Positions 28,101 through 39,346 of a DNA stretch of 64,000 nt are shown here, in pieces (position 1 is the stretch's first letter; each line of letters begins with the position of its first letter). Origin of the DNA: Octopus vulgaris. Taxonomy: Eukaryota. Made by a program: the position numbers and the translations under genes. The notes beneath the pieces were generated by a model. It searched no databases. It was not told where the DNA came from and was given only the letters and a program-made list of their open reading frames with translations. The stretch is taken from the NCBI GenBank assembly GCA_951406725.2, contig OX597823.1:114824001-114888000 (forward strand), in the 5' to 3' direction.

Positions 28101-28869
28101 CACACTTGCTTTTATTTGATAGAGAAGTCAGGAATAGATGTCTTTCGTGTTGAGAGAAATTACCTTTAACAGAAAAGCGACTAGACCTTGGGGAATATTA
28201 GCTTCACATCGAACAAACTGAAATAAAATAATGTTTATCATAAATCTGGTGTGTTTGAAGAGAAGGATTAAATTTACTGATACTTCCCGCATTATGACGA
28301 CGTAACTTCGTCGTCTGCGTGACTAGCCCGAACAGCGAACCTCGCTGACTATGTTTCTTTATTTGGCACATAGACCATGATACAGAGGACAGACAGAAGA
28401 CCACTTGATACAAGAACTGACAGAAGACCACAGTGGAGACAAAGAACATAAAACGAATGACTGAGAGACGAATGATAATTAATGAGGATGTAATGGCTGC
28501 TTGAACCCCACTCTCAAGCAGCACCATTTAAGTGTTTCAATAGCAAGTTTTTGATATCAATTTTTTCTATTTTTTCTCTATGTTTTTCTTTTAGTATCGT
28601 ATGTGTAGTCTATTTTAATAGAATGTTAAAAGCTTACTCACGCTTTACAAGTTCAAATCTACATAATCTACAACAGGCGGTAGGTCGTCGAACTCTGCCT
28701 CCACTCCCACAGGGTCTATGTTGGTTCCAAACCATTCTTTTAATTTTCCATACCTCTCTTGGTCTATTACTATGCCTTTTGTATTTTCTGTGTAAAGCTC
28801 CGCTAGTGCTTTTGATCTAATTACCGATTTGAATTTGGTAATTTTCCTTCCTATCGCCGTACTTTTTGT

Positions 28870-29900
28870 ATATGTTACCTTATACCATTTATTTTTCCTG
28901 GGCTTTTTAACTGTTTGTTTCTGCCATGAACTTGGGTTGTCTGAGTAGGTTTCCTTTTGTTGGTGATGCTGGTGGAGACGTTCATTTCACTCTTTTTCTT
29001 TTTTGGACTCTTCGGAGATGAGTTCACAAATTCTTTTCTTTTTCTTCTGTTCACTCCCATAAATGTTTCCTTCTTGCATTTCTCACTTTCCAGAGCCGCC
29101 AATTCGGCACCCTGCTCCTTTTGGCCTTCTTCACCTCTACTATCTCTCAGGGGAAACCTCATTCTCATGTGTCCCCTCTCTCCACATTGATAACAAGTTT
29201 GTGATCTCCCCTACACAACCACTCTCAAACCCCACGTCTTCCGGCAGAATCATCCCTTCAACGATTTCGTTCAAATCTTTTTGTCCAACCCGAATGACCA
29301 CTTCTAAGTCACATCCCCACCAATCTACCTTCCTTGTCCTTGTCACCCTTAAAATTTTGGTGTCCTCCTTGGTTTTGTGCATTACGGCTGCCACCAGACA
29401 CGCTTCTTTGATTTCCGGTGGTACCCTGCCTATTCTAGCTCTGGCGAACCCTTTGCCACAGCAGGTTGGCAAAAATACCCATTCTTTCGTCCTGAGCGTC
29501 ACAGCGGGGTGATTTATTGCCTCCCGTTCGTTGGCAAACCTCACCTCCACTGTGCCGTATTTTCTGGCTCTTATGTAGAATGTTGTTAGGTTCTTTATCT
29601 CCTCAAGACATTCTTCTATCGCTTCTACCGTGGCTATTTCTATGTTCTTGGTTATTGTAGACAGTGTTCTGTAAACCACTATTTCATTGTACTGATTGTC
29701 ACTTCTAACGGGGTCAGCCTTAAACTGGTTCCCTTCTTCTGAATCAACCTGCTATACTCTTTCAGTTTCTTCTGCTCAATTTTGATGTCACTACTTCTAG
29801 CGTATCTGTAGTTGTACCTGCCGCTGAAGCATAATCCCCGGCATCTGCTGGAACTGGTTTGCAACCCATTTTCTCTTTTTTTTTCCTTTCGCCCCAAATA
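28870..29900 (-). pseudogene. Tx1/L1-like LINE ORF1 (gag-like) remnant
   Basis: RRM-like ORF 29140-29679. A frameshifted zinc knuckle GRSQTCYQCGERGHMRMRFP (29151-29210, last Cys changed to Phe) is followed by a Lys-rich tail. Confidence 0.65.
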
Positions 29901-30341
29901 GGGAAGAAGATAAACACAAAAATCACAAGCCCGCAGGCAAAAACAATAACGGTATTTTACAAATTCAACAATTTAAATCATAGGTTCATCCTCGCGGGAG
30001 ATCCTTCAGTAAGTATATAACAAAGCACAATACGACTTACGTCAACTGGAATCAAAAATGATTTAACTCTAACAGAATAATCTCGCTGACTGACACCGTT
30101 TGCTGTGTTTGTCCTCTATTTACCAGTAGTAAAACAGCCCACTTCTCACTTGGGGATGTCCACCACAACTCCTCCTCCCTTTGAGATGTTTTCCTCTCAT
30201 CACTATTTTCTTTTTGTTTTCATTTCTTTTTCTTCCACAGAGAATTATTTCTCTCTTCAGTATGCCGCAGGTAGTACCAGTCTACATTGTTTTCCGATTG
30301 TGTTACTATATAACGACCTGAATTAAATCCTTCACACGGAC

Positions 30342-30387
<46 letters not shown>

Positions 30388-30499
30388 ATTTTTTCTTCTA
30401 TACAAAATTATTTTTCTCTTCAGAATGCCGCAGGTTGTACCAGTTTACCGGTAGCGCTACTAACACGTAGCTACCTGACAGAAATCCTACAAACGGATT

Positions 30500-30830
30500 T
30501 ACATTATTTTTCACTTTGTGTAATTCACTTCTGTGTTAGAGTTCCAGTTTTAAAAGACAATTTTTGTTCAGAATCTTTCTTCAATAGAATTTATATATTT
30601 TTCATTGTGTGTAATTCAGTTCTGTGTTAGTTCAAATCCTACTTCGGGATTTAGAAGACATTTTTTCTTCGGAATCTTTTTTCAATAGAATTTATATATT
30701 TTTCTGTGTAAGTTATTTCTCAATGTATGTAGTTCAGTTCTGAGTTAGAGTTCCAGTTTTATCAGACATTTGTCTTCAGAATCTTGTTTCAATAGAATTT
30801 ATATATTTTTCACTGGGTGTATAATATTTT
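30500..30830. repeat. About 3 diverged ~105-bp tandem units
   Basis: TTCRGAATCTT.TTCAATAGAATTTATATATTTTTC occurs at about 30567, 30668 and 30775. Confidence 0.7.
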
Positions 30831-30874
30831 CCACCGTGTGTGGAAAGAAAGAAAGAAAGAAAGGAAGCAAGAAA

Positions 30875-30912
<38 letters not shown>

Positions 30913-31360
30913 GGAAAATGACGTTCCAGGAAAAGTAAAGGGTTAATATGATGATCTTTAGCTGAATGTTAAAATGATGCGAGAAACAAATTGGTAAGAA
31001 GGGTCGCAGGATCAATACACACTCGCACCCCCCCCACACACACACACACAAACACACGCACGCACATACATACATACATATTTACATGAACGGGAAATTG
31101 GCGGGAAGGCGGTTTCTGATAATACCGAAAGAGGGGCTTGGATAACAGAGAGAGAGGGGCTTTGATAGTAGATGAGGGAAGAGTGCAGGAATGAGAGAGA
31201 GAGAGAGACAGAGAGAGACAGAATTCTAGTTCGATCTCCAATGCATGTATGTATGTAAGTAGATATATATGAATGTATGCATGTATACATATACGTGCAT
31301 CCATGTTGGATCGTTAGCCCCTACACGCATTTTTTTCTCTCCTTGTTTCTTTTCTGTGTA

Positions 31361-31398
31361 TCTTTCTGTCGAAGAGCGTAGGCTCGAAACGTAAAAGA
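31361..31398 (+). ncRNA. Minimal hammerhead motif, A6U variant (family B relative)
   Basis: TCTTT-CTGTCGA-A-GAGC-GTAG-GCTC-GAAA-CGTA-AAAGA; perfect 5-bp stem I with a different sequence from the other copies. Confidence 0.62.
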
Positions 31399-31529
31399 CT
31401 TGTTTTATTTCTATTCCTGAGCGCCATACTAATACATTGTTTGTTTGTACTCCACCTGCCTTCGTCTTTTGTTTATTTTCGTAAACCTTCCCGTTATATA
31501 TATGTATATATATAAATAATATATATATA

Positions 31530-32034
31530 TCTATATATATAAAACTCTAGTTGTGTGAGTGTCTGTCCCCTTCGATTTAAATTCCTAACTCCTCCCACAT
31601 TTTGCGGTGCAGTTTAACCAAATTCGGGTATCTTATAGTCGTGATTCATATCGAGCCCGTCTGACTATTAGCGCGCGTCAACGATGAGTCTACGATTTTA
31701 AAAATAATTTAACATCATTTTTTATTCCATTTTAATGCATAAAATGCATCGTATGTCGATGGCGGCGGAGTTGGCGTCCACGCTCACAGCTGCACCTGTT
31801 TGCTTCTCCCCCTTCCCTCCCTCGTGAAGCTGTGGGGAAGGGAGTTTAAAGAAATCAACGTCGTAATGCGTTGTGAAGGAAACCAGCGTTCTTTTAGAAC
31901 AACGACTTCATGGCTTGAAGACACCAAAACAAAAATGGCTAAGAAAGCCCGAATTTATAAGGGAAGTAACTCTCTAAAAATGCTTATATAGTTATTTCCC
32001 TTACAAACCCGAGCAACGCCGGGCGATACTGCTA

Positions 32035-32035
<1 letters not shown>
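31530..32035 (+). mobile_element. Non-autonomous Helitron
   Basis: 5' TCTATATATATAAAA, subterminal hairpin CCCG-AGCAACGC-CGGG, 3' CTAG, inserted between A and T. Confidence 0.72.
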
Positions 32036-32090
<55 letters not shown>

Positions 32091-32115
32091 ATATACATAT
32101 TATATATATAGATAG

Positions 32116-32168
<53 letters not shown>

Positions 32169-32341
32169 GTGTCTGTACACACATACCGAAATCACGTGTG
32201 TGTGGAGTGCGTTTTACAGCTAAGTCATTATGAGTTGTGAGTGCGCCTGTGTATACCTATTTGCGTCTGTGTTTCTGGATGTGGGATAAATGTAGTATGA
32301 TAGAGTGTGAGTGGTAGTATAGAAGAGAATGACAAAACGAC

Positions 32342-32355
32342 AGCGATGATGATGC

Positions 32356-32428
<73 letters not shown>

Positions 32429-32578
32429 GAGGAGGAGGAGGAGGAGGAGGAGGAGGAGGAGGAAGAGGAAGAGGAGGAGGAAGAGGAGGAAGAGGAGGAG
32501 GAAGAGGAGGAAGAGGAGGAGGAGGAGGAGGAGGAGGAGGAAGAGGAGGAGGAAGAGGAGGAAGAGGAGGAGGAAGAG
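32342..32578. repeat. (GTA)n-(GGA)n/(GAA) compound trinucleotide tract
   Basis: Direct inspection. Confidence 0.95.
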
Positions 32579-33034
32579 AATGGATGGGGCAGGTATCATA
32601 TTGTAATAGCGTGGGATGCTGCAGGACCTAGAGAAGAGGGTTCGACTGGCTTCAACATCACAAGATATTGACGGAAAATTCTTAACAAAGACATTAAAAC
32701 GGAAAACAAGAATTGGTTCAGCTCTGCTACTTTGAGAAGCACCGCCAGCCAAGATTCTCTGGAGACGCGTCTTGTGGTTGCTGAAACGATTATTGTTGGC
32801 TTCGTAACACTTTGCTGACACCACGTGACAACGCGCCGTCAGCAATGAGCCAATAGCCTGAAGTCACATGGTTGATGAATTGACGTACAACTATGGGTTG
32901 GCCCTGCCTGGCGTGGAGAACAAAGAGTAGATTCTTAACAGGTTAACATGGAACCGTGGATGTCAGCGGAAATGTCTTTTGTTCCGATGTGCGTGCCTGC
33001 CTATATGCATGATTGTGTTTGTCTACACACACAC

Positions 33035-33107
<73 letters not shown>

Positions 33108-33149
33108 CACACATATATACATACATACATGCATACATACATATACACA

Positions 33150-33309
33150 TATATACATACATACATACACACATATATACATACATACATGCATACATAC
33201 ATACATACATACACACATATATACATACATACATGCATACATACATACATACACACATACATACATACATACATACATACATACATACATACATACATAC
33301 ATACATACA

Positions 33310-33340
<31 letters not shown>

Positions 33341-33499
33341 GTGAAGACAGAGGAAACGGCGTGTGTGTGTGTGTAGAAGAATGACCGTACATACATACAC
33401 ACATACATACATACATACATACATACACACACACATACATACATACATACATACATACATACATACATACATACATACATACATACATACATACATACA

Positions 33500-33530
<31 letters not shown>

Positions 33531-33580
33531 GTGAAGACAGAGGAAACGGCGTGTGTGTGTGTGTAGAAGAATGACCGTAC
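33150..33580. repeat. ~190-bp tandem duplication within a (TACA)n tract
   Basis: ATGTGAAGACAGAGGAAACGGC(GT)nAGAAGAATGACCGTAC at 33339 and 33529. Confidence 0.8.
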
Positions 33581-33796
33581 GAGTGGGTACTGAAAAGTTC
33601 CTGGCTTTGGGTCAATGAAAATGCTGGACGATCAGTTAATTATGCTTTTATTCAACATATTCACCTCTCAGATTCCCCCACTTATTGCAGCGGTCCTTCA
33701 GTTTTTCTAAGCCCCGTAAAAGAACTAGGACGGCTGGGTCTCTAACTGGGCCTTTGGCGATGCCTTAAAAGTCAAGAACTTTTCATCACTCCCTTG
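33580..33796. mobile_element. Mariner-type MITE with TA TSD
   Basis: TA-CGAGTGGGTACTGAAAAGTTCCTGGCTTT ... AAAGTCAAGAACTTTTCATCACTCCCTTG-TA. Confidence 0.75.
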
Positions 33797-33929
33797 TATA
33801 TGCTGTGTACAAGTATGCATGTTCTGTGCTTTCGTATATGCGTTTTTGTGTATGTGTATACGTGTATGTATGTACGTATGTATGAGTGTATGTGTGGAGG
33901 CGCATGTGTGTCTGTGTGTATGCATATGT

Positions 33930-33970
<41 letters not shown>

Positions 33971-34289
33971 ACTTATATCACCTTGAATAATTTTATCTTA
34001 AAAGTATTTTAATATGCTGCCACTTTTCTGATGAAAGTTTTTTCTGTAAAAAACCTTCATCCTATATTATTAGTATATATATCTTGTTGTGTCTGGGGAG
34101 AGTCAATTTCTTATAATTTAACACACTCACCGGTAACATTTCAACCTATTCCTTATTTTTGTTTTCCTAAAATTTCGTTGCGTCTTGCAACCTTATCAAT
34201 TTGTGTGTAAAATTATAAGGCACAAAAAGAAAATGGCTCTGCCCAGACACAACAGAATATGCTTCAACACACGAACTCGTATAAAGAAT

Positions 34290-34324
<35 letters not shown>

Positions 34325-34327
<3 letters not shown>

Positions 34328-34673
34328 CAACAATTGAGGTAAAATTAATTATATTATAATTTCACATATTCAGTATTAGGGACCATTTAGGCGAATTCAA
34401 AATATTACATTATATATAGGGCTTAGTAAAATAAATTACTTGCAAACCAAATCCAAAAAGTCAATTCGACATTTCTTTCGTCAGCTCAGAATTCCTTGAA
34501 TCGGATTTGGACACTGAAAGTCGGCATATTCGGCTTTCATCACCTCTAAATTCTGCTCGAACTAAAAGTGCTATCTCGAATAAGAAGATCTACTCTCCTT
34601 TCCGCGTGGGTTAAAATTGACAAACACCATGTATTAACGTAAAACCCAGCATTTAAGAGAGATGAATATATAG

Positions 34674-34728
<55 letters not shown>

Positions 34729-34775
34729 CTAATAGTTCATATTGCAAGTAATTTATTTTAAGCCCTATATATATA
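34325..34775 (-). mobile_element. Diverged family D element with a short inverted arm
   Basis: Shares GGTAAAATTAATT, GGACCATTT, TCRTCAGC..GAATTC, TTCATCACCT and CGTGGGTT with the 44 kb copy; 34410-34445 is inverted at about 34743-34775. Confidence 0.55.
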
Positions 34776-34789
34776 TATATATATATATT

Positions 34790-35070
34790 AAATTTCTGAT
34801 CGAGAGGTAATCGGTAACTGTACGGAATCGTAAAATATATTTGCCAACCAAATGTGTTAGTCCCATAGAGGACGATATTTCTGTTGTTTTTAGCCCCACG
34901 AAGACATCTCTTCCAGTTGGTTAACGTCACACTGTCTGTTCCGATTCGTATTTGCGAGGGGAAGTCATCGCCCCCATCTCTAGCCTTACAAGACACACGC
35001 AGACCCAGATTTCTGGGTAGTTACCCGTCTTCAGTGTGTGATAATCACCCGCTAGTGATGAAAACTTATT
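34790..35070 (-). mobile_element. Diverged family A HHR element
   Basis: Colinear motifs with 17370-17640 (GTAACTG..., TTAGCCCCA..., GCNAGGGGAAGTCAT, then the HHR). Confidence 0.6.
34996..35040 (-). ncRNA. Type I hammerhead ribozyme (family A)
   Basis: Minus strand: CACACA-CTGAAGA-CGGGT-AACT-ACCCA-GAAA-TCTGGG-TC^-TGCGTG. Confidence 0.8.
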
Positions 35071-36100
35071 CAGCCACATTTAGTCGGCAAGGAGATTCAA
35101 CGTGACACAGAGCGTGACAAGGTTGGCCCTTTGAAATACAGGTACTCCTCATTTTTGCCAGCTGAGTGGACTGGAGCAACGTGAAAATAAAATGTCATAC
35201 ACAACGCGTCACCGAGAAATGAACTCACGAAATTGTTATGACGAGCCGAATACCCTAACCACTAAGCCATGCACCTTCACATATATAGGCATATGCACGT
35301 GCTTAAACACACAAACGTAAACTAGCGACTATTTAGATCCTTGTGTCCACCTCACAACCTAAGGTTGGCTTCGACAAACCTAGCACCAAAGCGGAACTAT
35401 CTGTAATTATCCCGTGTTTCCTATTCAATCACCATCCATCTAGTTCTAAATTATTCAGTGTAATCTTAGATGCCATATTTTAACCATTGTAGAATGAGAT
35501 TTATAGATAACATGACCGCTATTTCTAACGTGAGGCATGACCACGTAAAGACTTCCCATTGGTCTGATTTCCGGGTGAATCATTTCACTTTACTTGCTTC
35601 CGTACACATGATTTCCGTTTGCATTGACCACGCTTGAGTATAATGATTTCTACGACGTGACATTGTATGGCCGACAGATCACCGGAAGACCTGACATTCG
35701 CTTATGATTTAGTATGTCACCGAAATTTGTACATTTTCACTTAAACATAGAATCGTATGATAGGGCCTCCAGTTATTTCAAAGTATGAGTGCTCAGTCGT
35801 TCCAACAAGGGAACCATCATTTATTGAATTAGTGTGAAAATTGTCTGAGTATTCGGCAGATACCTGTGCTCTTAACATATTTCTCAGACTGAATTAGCGT
35901 GACACAGTGAAAGAAGACTGGGTGTTTGAATGAAACGTACATAATACCCGGCGATCTTCTAGTTTCCAGTTTCCGTCTATTCATAGCTTTGTGGCTTGAA
36001 GCAAGAAATTTAACTTAAAAAAATTACGCCGTGCGATCAGACGTTCACTGTGAAAAAATTAGAGCGCTCAGAGCGAGCCTCGCCGGCTTGCATTCCAAAA

Positions 36101-36160
<60 letters not shown>

Positions 36161-36238
36161 AATAACAATAATAATAATAATAATAATAATGATGATAATA
36201 ATAATAATAATATTAATAATAATAATAATAACAATAAC

Positions 36239-36294
<56 letters not shown>

Positions 36295-36379
36295 TAATAA
36301 TGATAATAATAATAACAATAATAATAATAACAATAACAATAACAATAATAATAACAATAATAATAATAAGGAAGGGATA

Positions 36380-36423
36380 TGCGCTCGGTAGTGAAGTGAA
36401 AGCACGCTATAAAAATAAAACTA

Positions 36424-36426
<3 letters not shown>
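36380..36426 (+). mobile_element. Extreme 3' tip of the same R4/Dong LINE
   Basis: TGCGCTCGGTAGTGAAGTGAAAGCACGCTATAAAAATAAAACTACTG matches 38202-38254; embedded in (TAA)n. Confidence 0.85.
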
Positions 36427-36510
<84 letters not shown>

Positions 36511-36511
<1 letters not shown>

Positions 36512-37064
36512 CCCTGATGCAGTACCAGGCAGTGGCTCTCATGGCTTCTCATCTTAACTGATTGGAAGTGTTATCACGTACATTGTTTTGTCTTGGTATA
36601 AAAGATGGGCTACAGCAAATATTCTGCTCAATACCACAGATTTGCTCGTCAGTTGCTTGAACTTAACCAGTTGAGCATGTCCCTTGGTGGCTGACGATAT
36701 GTACATCTCTGATCACGAACAGAAGTAGTGGGGGAGCATCATAGCCTTGTGTTGAGAGGGATTCTTTGGGATTTGGATAATTCACCTCTGGAAACATGGG
36801 TGGTTCTTTCAACATCCTTCAACAACTCTTATTCAGGGACCTTTTGAGCGGGATGGGCTACTCAACCAGAAGAAAATTCTAACTGGGCCCCACCTGCAAG
36901 GTCATGTGCTGTTTATCTTGATATGAAATCACCATGTCGCGCACATATGGTTGTGATGCATGTGCCTGGTGTACCCTTATCAGACGGGTAGTCATGATGG
37001 GTATATTGGGCTTCGTATATCTTACCCCAGTGTCACTTTGATGGCATGAACTGCTCTCTCACTC
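36511..37064 (+). mobile_element. Non-coding (TAA)n-associated retroposon
   Basis: Bounded by (TAA)n; its 3' ~315 bp match the reverse complement of 54448-54761. Confidence 0.75.
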
Positions 37065-37123
<59 letters not shown>

Positions 37124-37125
37124 TG

Positions 37126-37159
<34 letters not shown>

Positions 37160-37167
37160 CAATAATG

Positions 37168-37220
<53 letters not shown>

Positions 37221-37227
<7 letters not shown>

Positions 37228-38254
37228 CTGTTCTCAGTATTTAAGGAAGCTGACAAATACAAACAAGAAATCATACCACCTAATAAACATGAAGAAGAAG
37301 AAGAAGATGAAGAAACAACAAAAGCTATAAAACAAATGAAATCCAAACTAAAAACAGAACAGCAACGAACCATGATAAAACGATGGCAAGAAAAGCCCCT
37401 TCATGGTAAATACTGCACTAAACTAAACGCAAAAGAAATAGACAAAGAAAAATCCCAGCAATGGTTGAGAAGCTCAGGACTCAAAGCAGAAACAGAGGGA
37501 TTTTTAATTGCAGCACAAGACCAAAGCCTCCCCACCAGAAATTACCAAAAACATGTAATGAAAAGAAATATTACAAGTAACTGCAGAATATGTGGAGATG
37601 GACAAGAAACAATAAATCATATTATCTCTAGCTGCCCAGTCCTGGCTAAGAAGGAATATATTCACAGACATGACAGAGTTGGAACCTACATACATTGGAA
37701 GCTATGCCAACATTATGGAATAACAACAGAAAAAAGATGGTATAGGCACACACCAGAAAAGGTCACAGAAAACGAGAAAGCAACCATACTCTGGGATATG
37801 CCGATACACACAGATAGAGAAATTAAGGCCAACAGACCAGATATAGTTGTCAGAGATCATGAAGAAAAAAAATGCTTTTTAATTGATGTATCAATACCGG
37901 CAGATGACAACGTGTCTCTAAAAGAAATGGAGAAACTCTCAAAATACAAAGACCTGGAAATAGAGGTAACTAGAATGTGGAATCTGAAAACAGAAACAAT
38001 TCCTATCATAGTAGGTGCATTAGGCATGATAAAAAAATATTCAGACAAATACATAACAAAAACACCAGGACTTACAAACACATATAACATACAGAAAATT
38101 GCACTACTAGGCACTGCCCACATCCTACGCAGAACACTTTCCATACAATAACCATCAGAGCATCACAACAAATCACAGCACCTACCCAAGGCACACAGAG
38201 CTGCGCTCGGTAGTGAAGTGAAAGCACGCTATAAAAATAAAAATAAAACTACTG
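37221..38254 (+). mobile_element. 5'-truncated R4/Dong-type non-LTR retrotransposon in a (TAA)n array
   Basis: RLE ORF tail plus a ~100-bp 3' UTR ending AAACTACTG(AAT)n; (TAA)n on both sides. Confidence 0.9.
37222..38151 (+). CDS. C-terminal part of a LINE ORF: CCHC zinc knuckle plus PD-(D/E)xK restriction-like endonuclease (no start codon, 5'-truncated)
   Basis: CRICG..ETINHIISSC, RHD, LWD, RPDIVV, IDVS, EKLSKY, PIIVGALG, QKIALLGT; about 310 uninterrupted codons. The poly-Ile prefix in the ORF track is microsatellite. Confidence 0.88.
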
Positions 38255-38512
38255 AATAATAATAATAATAATGAAGGTTTCAAATTTTGACACAAGCTGC
38301 AAATTGAGCTTCTTAAACACTTAGCCATGCCCGTATCCATATGGAAACCTATGCATTCACCAGAGCTTCTCTGGACGATGCCCCGCCCCAGACAGGCGTC
38401 TAAACAAAACATTATGCATGTACAACTGATAATGTTTACATTGATAGAGCTGCATTGAATTCATAATACATACACACATACACACACACACACACACACA
38501 TACACACACACA

Positions 38513-38555
<43 letters not shown>

Positions 38556-38886
38556 TTCATTTTTTTGTATTTCGTTTGCAAGATTCTTTATGTGAATTCG
38601 TGTGTTGAAGCATATTTTACTGTGTCTGGGGTGGGGGAGTCATTCTGTTTCATGACTTATTAATTAACACACTCACCGTTTTATGACTTATTAATTAACA
38701 CACTCAATTTTTAGAAAAAATGAATGAGTAAATTAGTGGAAATCGAACCGGTGAGTGTGTTAATTAATAAGGCATTAAAATAGAACGACTCTCCCGAGAC
38801 ACAATGTAATATATATAGAGAGAGACACACGACAGGTGTCTCTCAGTTTCCGTGAAACAAATCTATTCACGATACATACATGCATA

Positions 38887-38944
<58 letters not shown>

Positions 38945-38947
38945 TGT

Positions 38948-38991
<44 letters not shown>

Positions 38992-39271
38992 AGTGTTAGA
39001 TGTGGTGTACAGAAATTGAATATTGAGAAAAAAGTCAGAATTTTGGGGAAAAAAATCTTTATATTTCTTCATTATAATCAGCGCTTTCGTTGGTTTCTGG
39101 AACAAGTCAAATAAAATTTTGTGAATGTATGAACAGCTTGTTCAGTAATATGAAGCAGATGTTTTGGGGAGATTTTGTTTAGAAGGGAACATTGTTTGTT
39201 CTTTTTTTATGTGACGGTGTGAGGTTCCATGACAATGGAGATAGATAGAAATATAGGTAGGTAGATAGGCT

Positions 39272-39346
<75 letters not shown>

